DNA from: the human T2T-CHM13v2.0 reference genome, Homo sapiens | Direction: 5' to 3' (one strand) | DNA: 64,000 nucleotides | Assembly (NCBI RefSeq): GCF_009914755.1 | Contig: NC_060933.1 | Shown here: positions 1 to 16,042 of the stretch, one piece after another | Layout of the letters: each line of letters begins with the position of its first letter | Numbering within the stretch: position 1 is the first letter of the stretch | Made by a program: the position numbers and the translations under genes | The notes under the pieces: model-generated | What the model was told of the DNA's origin: nothing | What the model saw: the letters and a program-made list of their open reading frames with translations, nothing else | Databases searched by the model: none

Positions 1-2440
1 ATTAGGCCACTCTTGCCTTGCTATAAATAAATGCCTGAGACTGGGTAATTTGTTTTTAAAGAGGTTTAATTGGCTCACAGTCCTGCCAGCTATATAGCAA
101 GCATAGTGCCAGCATCTGCTTCTGGAGATGCCTCAGGAAGCTGTTTCTCATGGTGGAAGTCAGAGCAGGAGCAAAACAGGAGCTCACATGGCAAAGCAGG
201 AGCAAGAGTCGGGGGGAGTTGCCACACACTTTAAATGATCAGATGTCATGTGAACTCAGAGCAAGAGCTCACTTATCACCAAGGTGATGGCCCCTGTGAT
301 CTGCCCCCATGATCCAAATACTTAACCACCAGGCCCTACCTCCAAAACAGGGATTACCTTTCAACATGAGATTTGGGTAGAGACAAATATCCAAACCACA
401 TCATTTTGCCCTCCGCCCTTGCTCCCACCCAAATCTCCTGTCCTTCTCACATTGCAAAATACAATTATAACTTCCCAATAGTCTCCCAAAATCTTAACTC
501 CTTTCAACATTAACTGAAAAGTCCAAAGTCCAAAGTCTTATTTGAGACAAGGCAAGTCCCTTCAACCTATGAGCCTGTAAAACCGAAAACAGATTATTTA
601 CTCCCCAGATACAATGAGGGCATAGGCATTGGGTGAGCATTTCTGTTTCAAAAGAAAGAAATCAGCCAAAAGAAAGGAGGCGGGGGCAGTCGTTAAGTGT
701 TAAAGCTCTGAAATAACCTCCTCTGACTCCATGTCTCACATTGAGGGCACACTGTTAGAAGGGGTGGACTCCCAAAGCCTTGGGCAGCTCCACCCCTGTG
801 GCTTTGCAAGGTTCAGCCTCCGTGGCTGCTCTCACAAGTTGTTGAGTGCCTGTGGCTTTTCCAGGCACAGGGTCCAAGCTACCAGTGAATCTACCATTCT
901 CAGGTCTGGAGGGCAGTTTCCCCCTTCTCACAGTTCCATTAGGTGGTACCTGACTGGGGACTCTGAGTGGGGGTTCCAATCCCCCATGGTCTCCCTTGGC
1001 ATTGCCCCAGTAGTTCTCTGTGGGGGCTCTGCCCATGCAGCAGGCTTCTGCCTGGGTACCCAGGTTTTCCATACATCCTCTGAAACATAGGGGGAGGGTG
1101 ACAAGTCTCCTTCACTCTTCCACTCTGTGTGCCCACAGGCTTAATGCTACATGGAAGCCACCAAAGTTTATGGCTTGCACTCTCTGAAGCAGTGGCCTGA
1201 GCTATATTTGGGGTCCTCTGAGCCAAGGCTGGAGCTGGAGTGGCCTGGATGTGGGGAGCAGTGTGTTGAGATTGAGCAGGGCAGTGGGGCCTTTGGTCAG
1301 GCCCCTGAAACCATTCTTCCCTTATAGGTCTCAAGGCCTGTGATGGAGGGGCTGCCATGATGGTCTACGAAATGCTTTCACGGCCTGTTCCCCATTGTCC
1401 TGACTTTCAGCACTGGGCTCCCTATTAGTTATGTAAATTTCTCTAGCAAATGGTTGTTCCACAGCCTACTCGAATTCCTCTCCTGAAAAGGCTTTTACTT
1501 TCTCTGCCACATGGCCAGGCTGCACATTTTTCCAACGTTTATTCTCTGCTTACCTTTTAAATAGAAGTTACAACTTTAAGTCATTCCCTTGTTCCCGCAT
1601 ATGAGTATAGGTTGTTAGAAGTAGCTAGGCCACATTGTGAATGTTTTGATGCTTAGAAATTTGTTCTAGCAAATACCTGAAATCATTACTATGAGGTTCA
1701 AAGTTCCACAGATCTCTAGGGCATGAAAAAGTTATTTGCTAAGGTATAACATGTGACCTCTGATCCAGTCCTCAGTAAGTTCCTCATTTTCATCTGAGAC
1801 CATGTCATCCTTGACTCCATTATCTGTATCACTACCAGCATTTTTGTCACAACTATCTGACCAGTCTCTAAGAAGTTCTGAACTTTCCCTCATCTTCCTA
1901 TCTTCTTCTCAGCCCTCCAAATGCTTTCAAACTCTGTGTGTTACCCAGTTCCAAAGTCGTTTCCACATAGTCAGGTATCTTTATAGCAATGCCCCACCAA
2001 TCAGTACCAATTTTCTGCATTAGGCTATTCTTGCGTTGCTATAGATAAACACCTGAGATAGGGTAACTTATAAATGATAGAGGTTTAATGGGCTCATCGT
2101 CCTGCAGGGTTCACAGGATGCATAGTGCCAACATCTGCTTCTGGGGAAGCCTCAGGAAGCATTAACACATGGCAGAAGCTGAATGTGGAACAAGTACTTC
2201 ACATGACTAAAACAGGAGCAAGAGAACTGGGGGTGATGAGGAAGTGTCACACACTTTTAAAGAACCAGATCTCATGTGAACTCAGAGCAAGAGCTTACTT
2301 ATGACCAAGGGTATTGTCCCAAGCCATTAATAGGGCTCTGCCCCCAGGATCCAAACACCTCCCACCAGGCCCCACCTCCAAGATTGGGGATTACATTTCA
2401 ACATGATATTTGAATGGAGACAAATATAAAAACTGTATTA
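1..2440 (-). mobile_element. Complete MaLR element, MSTB-like: LTR 1-403 (first bases cut by window edge), internal region 404-2015, LTR 2016-2440
   Basis: Two similar direct repeats: attaggccactcttgccttgctata...ccaaaccacatca and tgcattaggctattcttgcgttgctata...aactgtatta. They flank a ~1.6-kb MaLR-type internal region and read as the reverse complement of the TGATATGG...CTAATACA consensus. Confidence 0.9.
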
Positions 2441-2667
2441 CCATCTCATTTCTACTCCAACTTTTGGATTGTTAGGCTAAACCTAATTTCTTACTTTCTG
2501 AAACATGATGGAATGAGTACTCTTTCTTATAAAATTTGCATGCATCTCTGATTCCTACCATAGGAAAATATTTTCTTAGAAATGGACTTTCTGGATTAAA
2601 AAGTAGGTTCATTTTATTTTGTTACTAGTAATATCTTCTATATTATTTTAAAGGACATATTCACTGA

Positions 2668-6560
<3,893 letters not shown>

Positions 6561-6569
6561 TTTTCTTAG

Positions 6570-7295
6570 TTAGATATTTTATTTTCATTTATTGCAGATT
6601 CATATGAAGTTATAAGAAATGATACAGAGAGACTGTGTTTCCTTTTCCCAGTTTTCTAATGGTAGTATCTTGCAAAACTAGTACGATATCAAAATTAGGT
6701 GTTGACATTGATACAGTCAAGACACAGAATTTTTTTTTATCATGTTGTTCTTTTATAGCCACTCACCCCTACTTGCTCCTTAAGCCCTGACAGACACTAA
6801 TCTGTGATTCAGTTCTATTATTTTGTCATTTTAAGCATGTTATGTAAATGAAACCACAAAGTACGTAACCTTTTGAGAAGAGCTTTGACATTGTTCTTTT
6901 CTTCTCAGCAAAGTTCTCTGGCACTTATTTCAGGTTGCTGTCTATATCAATAGTCATTGCTTTTACTTTATACTTTGAATTGTATTCCGCGGTATGACTG
7001 GACCGCAGTTTGTTTAACCATTTGCAGTTGAAGAACACGTGGGTTTTTTCCAGTTTTTGCCTATCACAAATAAAGCTTCTATAAACATTTGCATACACAG
7101 TTTTGTGTGAAGATGTCAGCATTTCTTTGGGATAAATGCTCTAAAGTCCAATTGCTGAATTATATGAGAGTTTTTTATATAGCTTATTAAGAAATGTTCA
7201 GAGTGGTGGTATCAATTTATATTCTTACCAGTAAAGTGTGAATCATCTAATTTCTCTTAATTTCTTCAATCTTACCAGCATTTAGTGATGTCATT
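6570..7295 (-). mobile_element. L1MC1/2-like 3' end
   Basis: agattcatatgaagttataagaaatgatacagagagac...ggtagtatcttgcaaaactagtac...gacattgatacagtcaaga resembles the antisense L1MC 3' UTR. Confidence 0.7.
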
Positions 7296-7816
7296 GCTTG
7301 TGCCTCAAATTCCATTGTTCACATATTTTGTGAGAATATTTCTTAGTATTAGGCTATTTAATATTTCATTATAAGTATCTTAATTTATTAATTTTGTGTA
7401 TTTACTGATACTTCAAAATTATGTATTCAGTTGGATGTATTAGACACAAACAATTTTCAGTTACATTTTTTTCTTAGTTGTAAAAATTGGGTGACATATT
7501 AATTTTTGCCGGAATTGTGTTTTTTTTTTCAATTCAACTTTGATCAATTTGAACATTGTGATATCCTGGTTTCTTTTTGTTTGGATTTGCATAATTTTTT
7601 AAAATTTAAGTTATCATAATTTTTAAACTGTGTTATTATATAAATGTCTCTTGTAGACAGAACTTAATTTAGGTTTCCTTTTTGACACAGAGATGTCTTT
7701 GTTCTTTGTCTTATTTTTATTTATTTTTGCTGTCCTATTGTTGTATTTTCGACTATGATTTTCATGTGTTTTCTCATCTACATGTGAGTTGACTGGATTT
7801 ATATAATCTGTTTTAA

Positions 7817-8155
<339 letters not shown>

Positions 8156-9390
8156 TGAATTTTTATTTTTTAATGTATTGATCTAAAGTAATAATGGCAT
8201 TTAAGATTACTTCTGTTAAATATAAATGCATTAGCATGTTTATCCAACCTTTTTCCCTCCTGAAACTTTCACCATTTCTAAACACCAGTAATTATACTTA
8301 TTTTGTAATGTTGTTGATATAGTCTTGAGTTTTTTAATTTAATAATTTTATTTCTTATGTTTACACCTAGTGTTTTGATTCAAATAAATTAACAATCACT
8401 TTTTTCCTAACCATTGTACCCATAGTAGTTTAAAGCTAATTCTGCATTTGAGTTAATTTAATTTGAATTAATTTAGCCATCATCATTATCCTTTTTAATA
8501 ATTTTCCACATATTTGCTTCCTTATTGTGATTCATTTTTATTGAAGCTACAATCACAGTAAATTCAACAAAAGATATTTACATATTTGAGAAGATACATC
8601 TTTTACATTTACACTGGAATGGTTACTTCATTAAAGAAATCTTGGGTCAAATAATTTTTTCTCCAAGTTTTGTAGAAATTGTGTTTTGCTTTTTAGTAGC
8701 TATAATGGCCCAGATAAAATTGAAGGAAAAAGGATTATTTGTTTACTGTCTTAGTGATGTGCTTTTATCAATCTAGAGTTCACAAACTGATAATTAACAT
8801 GAAAAATATCATAAAAATTAATTTCTGCCAAAAATGGAATAAAAATTTCCTATTCTCAAATTTTAAGAAAAGGAAAGACTGATTTTTTTTTTTCATAACA
8901 ACATAGCCATCATCCAGTAAACACTTAAATTGACTTTAAACTTTCCCAATTAATCAGTGACAGCTTCACGTTAGTGCCTGAAGCATTTCAAAATCAGCCA
9001 ATTAGTGACTTTTCCATGCTTCTGAAAGTTATCCAATCATCAGTAGCCTCTGTCTAGTGACCACATGCCCATGCCTGAAAATCAGGCAACCCCTAAACAC
9101 TAAAAAAATCTGTGAACATGAAGCTTTCCCAAAATCTATGCAAAATCACATCCTTGTTTGGAGAACTGGGCTTTGAGGTCATATCAAGCTCTTGCTTAAC
9201 AAGAAATAACTACGTCTTTTTATTTTTACTTTTTGGTGGTAGTGGGCCATTCTGATGCATGTTTCCAGATCTGCATTTTTCATTAATATACATTAGATTA
9301 CATGAAGCTGAAGAAAGAGAAGAAAGTCATGAGAGGGGAACCTGCATTGGGAGAGGAACATATGGATCAAAGCACAATCTTCCAAGTGAG

Positions 9391-11145
9391 TTAGTTAGTC
9401 TATTTGTGCTGCTAAAACAGAATATCTAAGACTGAATAATTTATAAAGAACAGAAATCTGTTTCTCACAGCTCCAAGGCTGAGAAGTCCAAGATCAAGAT
9501 GCCCCAACTTTGGGTGTCTGATGAGAACCTTCTTCTCGTATCCTCACATAGCAAAAGGGCAAGCTAGCCAAATGCTGTCCTTAACCTCGTTGACAAAGAA
9601 GAGCCTTCATGGTCTAATCACCATTTAAAGGCCTCACCTGTTAACACAATCATGTTGGCCATACTTAATTTTTTTTTTCTCACCAGAAATCATTTTATTT
9701 ATTTTTTCTTTTCTCCAGTTTTATTTTATGTTCATGGGGTACCTATGCAGGTTTACCATTTGAGTAAATTGCATGTTGCTGGGATTTGTTGTACAAATGA
9801 TTTCATCACACAGATAGTGAGCACAGCACCTGATAGGTAGTTTTTCAACCTTCACCCTCCTCCTAACCTCTCCCCTCAAGTAGGCCTCTGTGTCTATGGT
9901 TTCTTTTTGCCCATGTGTACTTAATGTTTAGCTCCCACTTGTAAGCAAGAACATGCAGTATTTGGTTTTCTGTTCCTGCATTAATTCACTTAGGGTAATG
10001 GCCTCCAGCTGCATCTATGTTGCTGCAAAGGACATGATTACAGTTTTTTGTTGTTGCTGTTGTTTCATGGCTGCATAGTATGTCATGGGTGTATATGTAC
10101 TACATTTTATTTATTCAGTCCACCATTGATGGGCTAGGTTTATTCCATGTCTTTGCTATTGTTAATAGTACGTTTATGAACATACAGGTACATGTGTCTT
10201 TTTGGTAGAAAAATTTCTATTGCTTTGGTTATATAACCAGTAATGGGATCATTGGGTTGAATGGTAGTTCTGTTTTAAGTTCTTTGAGAAATCTCCAAAC
10301 TGCTTTCCACAGTGGCTGAACTAATTTACATTCCCACCAGCAGTGTATAAGCATCCTTTTTCTCTGCAATGTCACCAGCATCTGTTATTTTTTGACTTTT
10401 CAATAATAGCCATTTTGACTGGTATGAGATGATATCTCATTATGGTTTTGATTTGCATTTCTCTAATGATGTTTTGTTGAGCATTTTTTCACGTGCTTGA
10501 TGGCTGCATGTATGTCTTCTTTTGAGAAGTATCTGTTGATGCCTTTTGCCCATTTTTTAATGGTTTGCTTTTTGTTTTGGTGGGGGATTTTTTGTTTTGT
10601 TTTTTGTTTGTTTTGCTTGATTTGTTTAAATCCCTCATGGATTCTGGATATTAAACCTTTGTCAGATGCACGGTTGCAAATATTTTCTTCCTTTATGTAG
10701 GCTGTCTGTTTAATCTGTTGAAATTTTCTTTTGCTGTTTAAAAGCTCTTTAGTTAGGTCCCACTTTTCTATTTCTGTTTCCATTGCAATTGCTTTTGGAG
10801 ATTTTATCATGAAATGTTTGCCAAGGCCTAGGTCCAGAATGGTATTTCCAAGGTATTTTGCTAGAGTTTTTATAGTGATAGGTCTTACGTTTAAGTCTTT
10901 AATCCATTTTGAGTTGATTTTTGAATACGGTATAAAAAAGGGGTCCAGTTTCAATTCTCTGCATATGGCTAGCCAGTTATCCCAGAACCATTTATTGAAT
11001 AGAGAGTTCTTCCCCATTGTTTGCTTTCATCAACTTTGTTGAAGATCAGATGTTGTAGGTATGAAAATTTATTTCTGGGTTCTCTAACCTGTTCCATTGG
11101 TCTATTACACCTGATTCTCGAAGTGGACACTTTCAAACCACAGTA
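9391..11145 (-). mobile_element. MaLR solo LTR (MSTC/MSTD-like) split by an L1: parts 9391-~9668 and ~11106-11145
   Basis: ttagtctatttgtgctgctaaaacagaatatctaagactg...aagtccaagatcaag, resuming as cctgattctcgaagtggacactttcaaaccacagta. 5-bp TSD GTGAG at 9386-9390 and 11146-11150. Confidence 0.8.
9670..11105 (-). mobile_element. 5'-truncated L1PA15/16-like element (3' UTR and ORF2 C-terminus)
   Basis: T-rich tail, then antisense L1PA16-type 3' UTR. ORF 10463-11017 (-) resembles ORF2 (SLFNKWFWDNWLAICRELKLDP). Confidence 0.9.
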
Positions 11146-12079
11146 GTGAGTACGGAATTAAACACATTCCATTTAGTCAGACAAAAAACAGACTAGAAAG
11201 GACAAATCGCAAAACACGGAGCTCTTCTGGAGTATTGGTACCCCTGGTAACCATTGCCTAAGAACAACTTACCAGCTAGAAAGTCCAAGGCCCTTAAAAG
11301 CCTCTAGAAAAGAAAAGGAGAGAGGAGTTGAAGTGTGAGAACTAAAGTGTGAAAATAATGCCTTCACTTGTGATAAAATGAAAAACAAGTGGGAATTTTT
11401 CTATGAGCTTAGGTAATGGTGGACTCATTACTTCTTACATATTACAAGGTGAATATAAATCAAACAGTATGCCTTTGAATTTCAAGAAGCCCATAAAAGT
11501 CAGATGATTTTATAATAGTTTTCCTGGTACATTAAGCAAGCCACACCTAAGTGAGTGGGCATAAGGATATCATTGAAGACAAGGTATGTGTCATCTGCCA
11601 GCCTTGAGGGGAAATTGTTGAATCTCAGAAGAAATAAATAATATGCTATATTGGGGCTCTTGCCAGATACAGTTCAGCTTGGTCATGCAGGGTGAAAATA
11701 GAACATATAAGAAGTAGCACCCTCTCTGTGTTCATTTTTACATTTCTTATGCTTCATGTCAAAGCTCATTTGACTCCAAAAAAAGAAGAAAGAAAAATCC
11801 CAAAGAGAAACATTTTATCCACAAGGAACACCAAGAAAAATGCAGCTTAACAAAGAAGTGACAAATCCCTTTGGTCCTCTAACGAGTGTCTTCAACAAAA
11901 CAAATAAAGCAAACAGTCAAAGCGGAGCTTGACCCAAGTTATAATGACTACCTGGAGAGCTGTTTTGTTTTACATATCCCAATTCAATTTCACATTATTC
12001 CAAGGCACATAACAGACTTGGATACAATCATGAAACGTTCACACCTGAAAAATAATCTCTGTAGAACTTGTTTTCAATG

Positions 12080-12190
12080 ATTTTCAGGTCAGAGACCCCT
12101 TTGAAAATCTGCAAAACTATGGAAGTTTATTTCAGAAAACAAAACAAAACAAAAAAAAAAAAAACCTTAACATTTTAGGGATTTCAGGTT
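12080..12190. mobile_element. hAT-Charlie MITE relic, MER103-like
   Basis: ggtcagagacccctttgaaaatctgcaaaactatgga resembles MER103C. Confidence 0.45.
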
Positions 12191-12440
12191 CTAAAGAAGA
12201 TTTTTATAGCAAATGTCACAGGCGTTTGAATGACAGTAACTCCATTTTGAATAGGGGCTGGATAAAACGAGGCTAAGATCTGCTGGGTTGCATTCCCAGG
12301 AAGTTAGGCATTCTTAGCCACAGTATGAGATAGGAGGTTGGCACAAGATACAGGTCGCAAAGACCGTGCTGATAAAACAGGATGTGATAAAGAAGCCAGC
12401 CAAAATCAAGATGGCGAAGAAAGTAACCTCTGGTTGTCCT

Positions 12441-12854
12441 TGTCAGGCCTCTGAGCCTAAGCTAAGCCATCATATCCCCTGTGACCTGCACGTACACATC
12501 CAGATGGCCGGTTTCTGCCTTAACTGGTGACATTCCACCACAAAAGAAGTGAAAATGCCCTCTTCCTGCCTTAATTGATGACGTTGTCTTGTGAAATTCC
12601 TTCTCCTGGCTCATCCTGGCTCAAAAGCTCCCCTACTGAGCACCTTGTGACTCCCACTCCTGCCCACCAGAGAACAACCCCTCTTTGACTGTAATTTTCC
12701 TTTACCTACCCAAATCTTATAAAACGGCCCCACCCTTATCTCCCTTTGCTGACTCTTTTTTCGGACTCGGCCCACCTGCACCCAGGTGAAATAAACAGCC
12801 TTGTTGCTCACACAAAGCCTGTTTGGTGGTCTCTTCACACGGACTCGAGTGGAA
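12441..12854 (+). mobile_element. HERV-H LTR7 solo LTR (LTR7up-like)
   Basis: tgtcaggcctctgagcctaagctaagccatcatatcccctgtgacctgcacgtacacatccagatggcc...gcctgtttggtggtctcttcacacggac. Perfect 5-bp TSD GTCCT at 12436-12440 and 12855-12859. Confidence 0.95.
12540..12795 (+). promoter_or_regulatory. LTR7 promoter motifs: SOX-like ACAAAAGA (12540-12547), TATAAAA (12718-12724), KLF/GC box GGCCCCACCC (12726-12735), AATAAA (12790-12795)
   Basis: Motifs read directly. Their roles are assumed from known LTR7 promoter organisation; activity at this copy is untested. Confidence 0.6.
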
Positions 12855-14178
12855 GTCCTCACTGTTCTTTATATGCTAACTATAATGCATTAGCATGCTA
12901 AAAGACACTCCCATCAGCGCCACTGCAGTTTACAGATACTTTTGGCAATGTCGGGATATTACCCTATATGGACTAAATAGGGAAGAAGCTCCGGGTTCCA
13001 TGAACTCTCCACCCCCTTCCTGCAAAACTCATGAACAATCCACCACTTATTTAGCATATGACTAACAAGTAACCATAAAAACAGCCAACCAGCAATCCTT
13101 AGGGCTATTCTGCCTGTACATAGCCATTCTTTTGTTTCTTTATTTCTCACATAAACTTGATTTCACTTTCCTCTGTGGACTCCCCCGCCCTCTGCAAATT
13201 CTTTCTTGCACAGGATCCTAGAACCCTCTCTTAGAGTCTGGATCAGGACCCCTTTCTGGTAACACAAACAATAAAGAAATTTGTTGTTCTCTATGTTCTC
13301 ATAGCAGTGTTTTCTGTGTTTTTTTTAATGGGTAAACAAAACACAAAGATTTTTCACTGAGGTTACAGATTATTTAACAATGATGCCTAGGTTATATTTG
13401 TTGTCATTGTTTTGTAAATCTAGGCCATCTTATAGTCTCCCCAGAGATTGCATCAGCAAGCATTCTACTCACTTGGTTCATGTTTACTGTATTTAAATCC
13501 TGACTGTACCATAAATTAGAAAAGAAAAGAGAATATTAAAAATTAGATCTAAATTAATTCCCACACTCCAGTTCAACATTCCTCATCCTAATAACATGAG
13601 ATGTTTTAAAGACTTCAAATTGAGAGAATAGTTTGTATCTTAGATTTGATTCATGAGGAGATGAGCTTCTATCATCAGTTTGAGTCTAATCACCCTGTGC
13701 CTTCTTCCTCCCAAAGACTGGGACTGAATTACATGGCTTCAAGTTGTAGAAGAACATTACATGGATCTCATTTAAGGCTATCACAAGAATTCACAGACCT
13801 AAACCAAATATACTATTTTCTTTAATTGTATTTTTCATTTCTACCAAATACTTGTTTCATCTTCACTCTTATTACCATAGTACTGTCTATGATTATCTCA
13901 AACCTGCTAAGTAGCTTGCAGATTAAGCTCAAACATGTCAACATGAATGTTAAAGCCTTTTAAAACATTTTAACTTCTCAATTTTCAGGTTCCTGTTTCC
14001 CTGCTAAAACACAAGTAAGAGACATAGGACTGTCCCATGTCCTAATCTACTAAGAAAGTGAAAATACCAATGATGTCAATTCAGTCATGGTGCTGGTATA
14101 CTCATTTCAATACAAGACTCTTTATATAACTTGTATGACGTATATTAACCTTGCTCTTGCAGAAAGAGGTACCACTTT

Positions 14179-14247
14179 ATTTTTTTATTTTTATTTATTT
14201 ATTTATTTATTTTTGATATGGAGTCTCGCTCTGTCACCAGGCTGGAG
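14179..14247 (-). mobile_element. Severely 5'-truncated Alu (last ~33 nt plus tail)
   Basis: (TTTA)n tail then tgatatggagtctcgctctgtcaccaggctggag. Degenerate TSD gaggtaccacttt (14166-14178) / gagataacacttt (14248-14260). Confidence 0.85.
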
Positions 14248-14269
14248 GAGATAACACTTTCATGTAGAA

Positions 14270-14600
14270 CAGGGGTCGTCCCCAAACCTTGGGCCACAGA
14301 CTGGCATCACAGGAACCGGATTCACAGCAGGAAGTGAGTGGCTGGTGAGGGAGCATTACCGCCTGAGCTCCCCCTCCTGTCAGATCAGAAAGGGCCTTAG
14401 ATTCTCATAGGAGCGCAAACCCTATTATGAACTGGGCATGCGAGGGATCCAGGTTGTGTGCTCCTTATGAGAATCTAATAATGCTTGATGAGCTGAGGTG
14501 AAACAGTTTCATCCCAAAACTATCCCCCTCCACATCCCCTCCATGGAAAAATTGTCTTCCATGAAACGGTTGCTAGTGCCAAAAATGTTGGGGACCACTG
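14270..14600 (+). mobile_element. MER1B hAT-Charlie DNA transposon
   Basis: Termini caggggtc...ggggaccactg and internal ttagattctcataggagcgcaaaccctatt. Perfect 8-bp TSD ATGTAGAA at 14262-14269 and 14601-14608. Confidence 0.92.
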
Positions 14601-15250
14601 ATGTAGAATCAAAAGGTAGGAGATGGGGAGAAAATTCCCTACTTTGGCTATAGGTCTTATATCAATTATGATGTGAACTCTCTGAGAGTGGCCTAAAATT
14701 GAAGTCAGTCAGATGAAATTCTACAACTGAACAACAGGTAGCAAATATTCAGCTATTATTTTTTATATTAACAATTGGTCTGGGTCACTAAAATCCACCT
14801 AATTTTTTTCTTATGCTAAACACAAAGAAAAGGGCGTACAATATTTATTCATAAAAAGCCCATGTCTATATTCCCATCAAAACAAGGGAGATTATTATAT
14901 AAATAATATTCATTTACATATTTATTACTCCAAACTATTTTACATAAAAGTGACAAATGTAAAATGGCTTTGGCAAAGCATAAATAAACATATAAACAAA
15001 TAAAAGGAAAACGTAAAGATTTTGGCTCTCAACATATGAGAGCAATTTTAGACTTCTATGACCAGGTATACGGGCACAAACAGTGTCATGATGTCTCAGT
15101 CTTTCTCCGTCCACCTTTGGCCAATGGGTCTGCTCTATTTTCAGGTGAGCTTTTCTTTGTTGCGACAATATGTCCCCTAGTATTTCCAGGCTAAATTCAA
15201 TCCTTCCAGAAATAGCCCGCAGAAAAAACGAAACTATAATCTCAAAGGAT

Positions 15251-15254
<4 letters not shown>

Positions 15255-15294
<40 letters not shown>
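15255..15294. repeat. (AC)20 microsatellite
   Basis: Uninterrupted AC run. Confidence 0.97.
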
Positions 15295-15301
<7 letters not shown>

Positions 15302-15919
15302 CCCTGCACACAAAAATCAACAACCCGGAATTGATTTTCATTGGCCAGATTTAGTCACATTCTTATCTTTGGAGTTACAGAAAAAGAAGAAAGTCCAATA
15401 CAATAGCATGCACTGAAAATGCTAACTGGTAATTACCCAAGGAAAATTAACGTTATGTTAATAAAATAAAATTATGAATATCTATTGTTGATTCCAAATA
15501 GATGCAGAGAAAATAATAGATATCCACAATTGTTTTACTCCTCCCAGGTGTTTACTGCTCCTACATTATTCACTTCTTAAACTATAAGCTTAGACATACG
15601 AATTAAACTAAGCTCCTTAAATGTGTCATGTTCTCTTATCTCTGGAACATTAAGCATTTAATTTTCATCACCTGAAATGCATTCTCCTTCCCTTTTTCTT
15701 TGGCTAAATCTTAATTCTCTTTTGTATATTAGTTTAGAAATATTTTTCTTGATCCCACTTACATTGTGTACTTAGCCTCATTTTCTATCTTCCACACTTC
15801 CACAATGGTTGTACAATTTTTACACTCACACTAGTAATGAATGACCCTTCCTATTGCTCCACATCCTCTCCAGCATTTGGTGTTTTCCGTGTTCTGCATT
15901 TTGGCCATTCTAGTCTTCT

Positions 15920-16042
15920 ATCGCTAGACTATAAGCTGTATAAAGGAAGAGATGTGGCCTTCCTTAACCACTAGTATCTCTAATCTCAACCGAGTGCCCA
16001 ATGCAATAGCAGATAATAAATATTTTAACAAATGAATGAATC
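15920..16042 (+). mobile_element. L2 3' end relic, preceded by a short antisense L1M piece (~15806-15913)
   Basis: tagactataagctg...aataaatattttaacaaatgaatgaa matches the L2 terminus pattern. Confidence 0.6.

Larger units (their letters stand above)
12214..13264 (+). mobile_element. MER41B-like ERV1 solo LTR, interrupted by LTR7 (parts 12214-12440 and 12860-13264)
   Basis: Starts tgtcacaggcgtttgaa...actccattttgaatagggg and ends ggaccctttctggtaaca. 4-bp TSD CAAA at 12210-12213 and 13265-13268. Confidence 0.9.

Noticed and set aside
731-1358. Overlapping ORFs of 105-139 aa
   Set aside because: They lie in the MST internal region and are decayed MaLR frames with no splice or domain support.
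11150-12080. Unique segment considered as a processed pseudogene
   Set aside because: No recognisable protein similarity, polyA or TSD.
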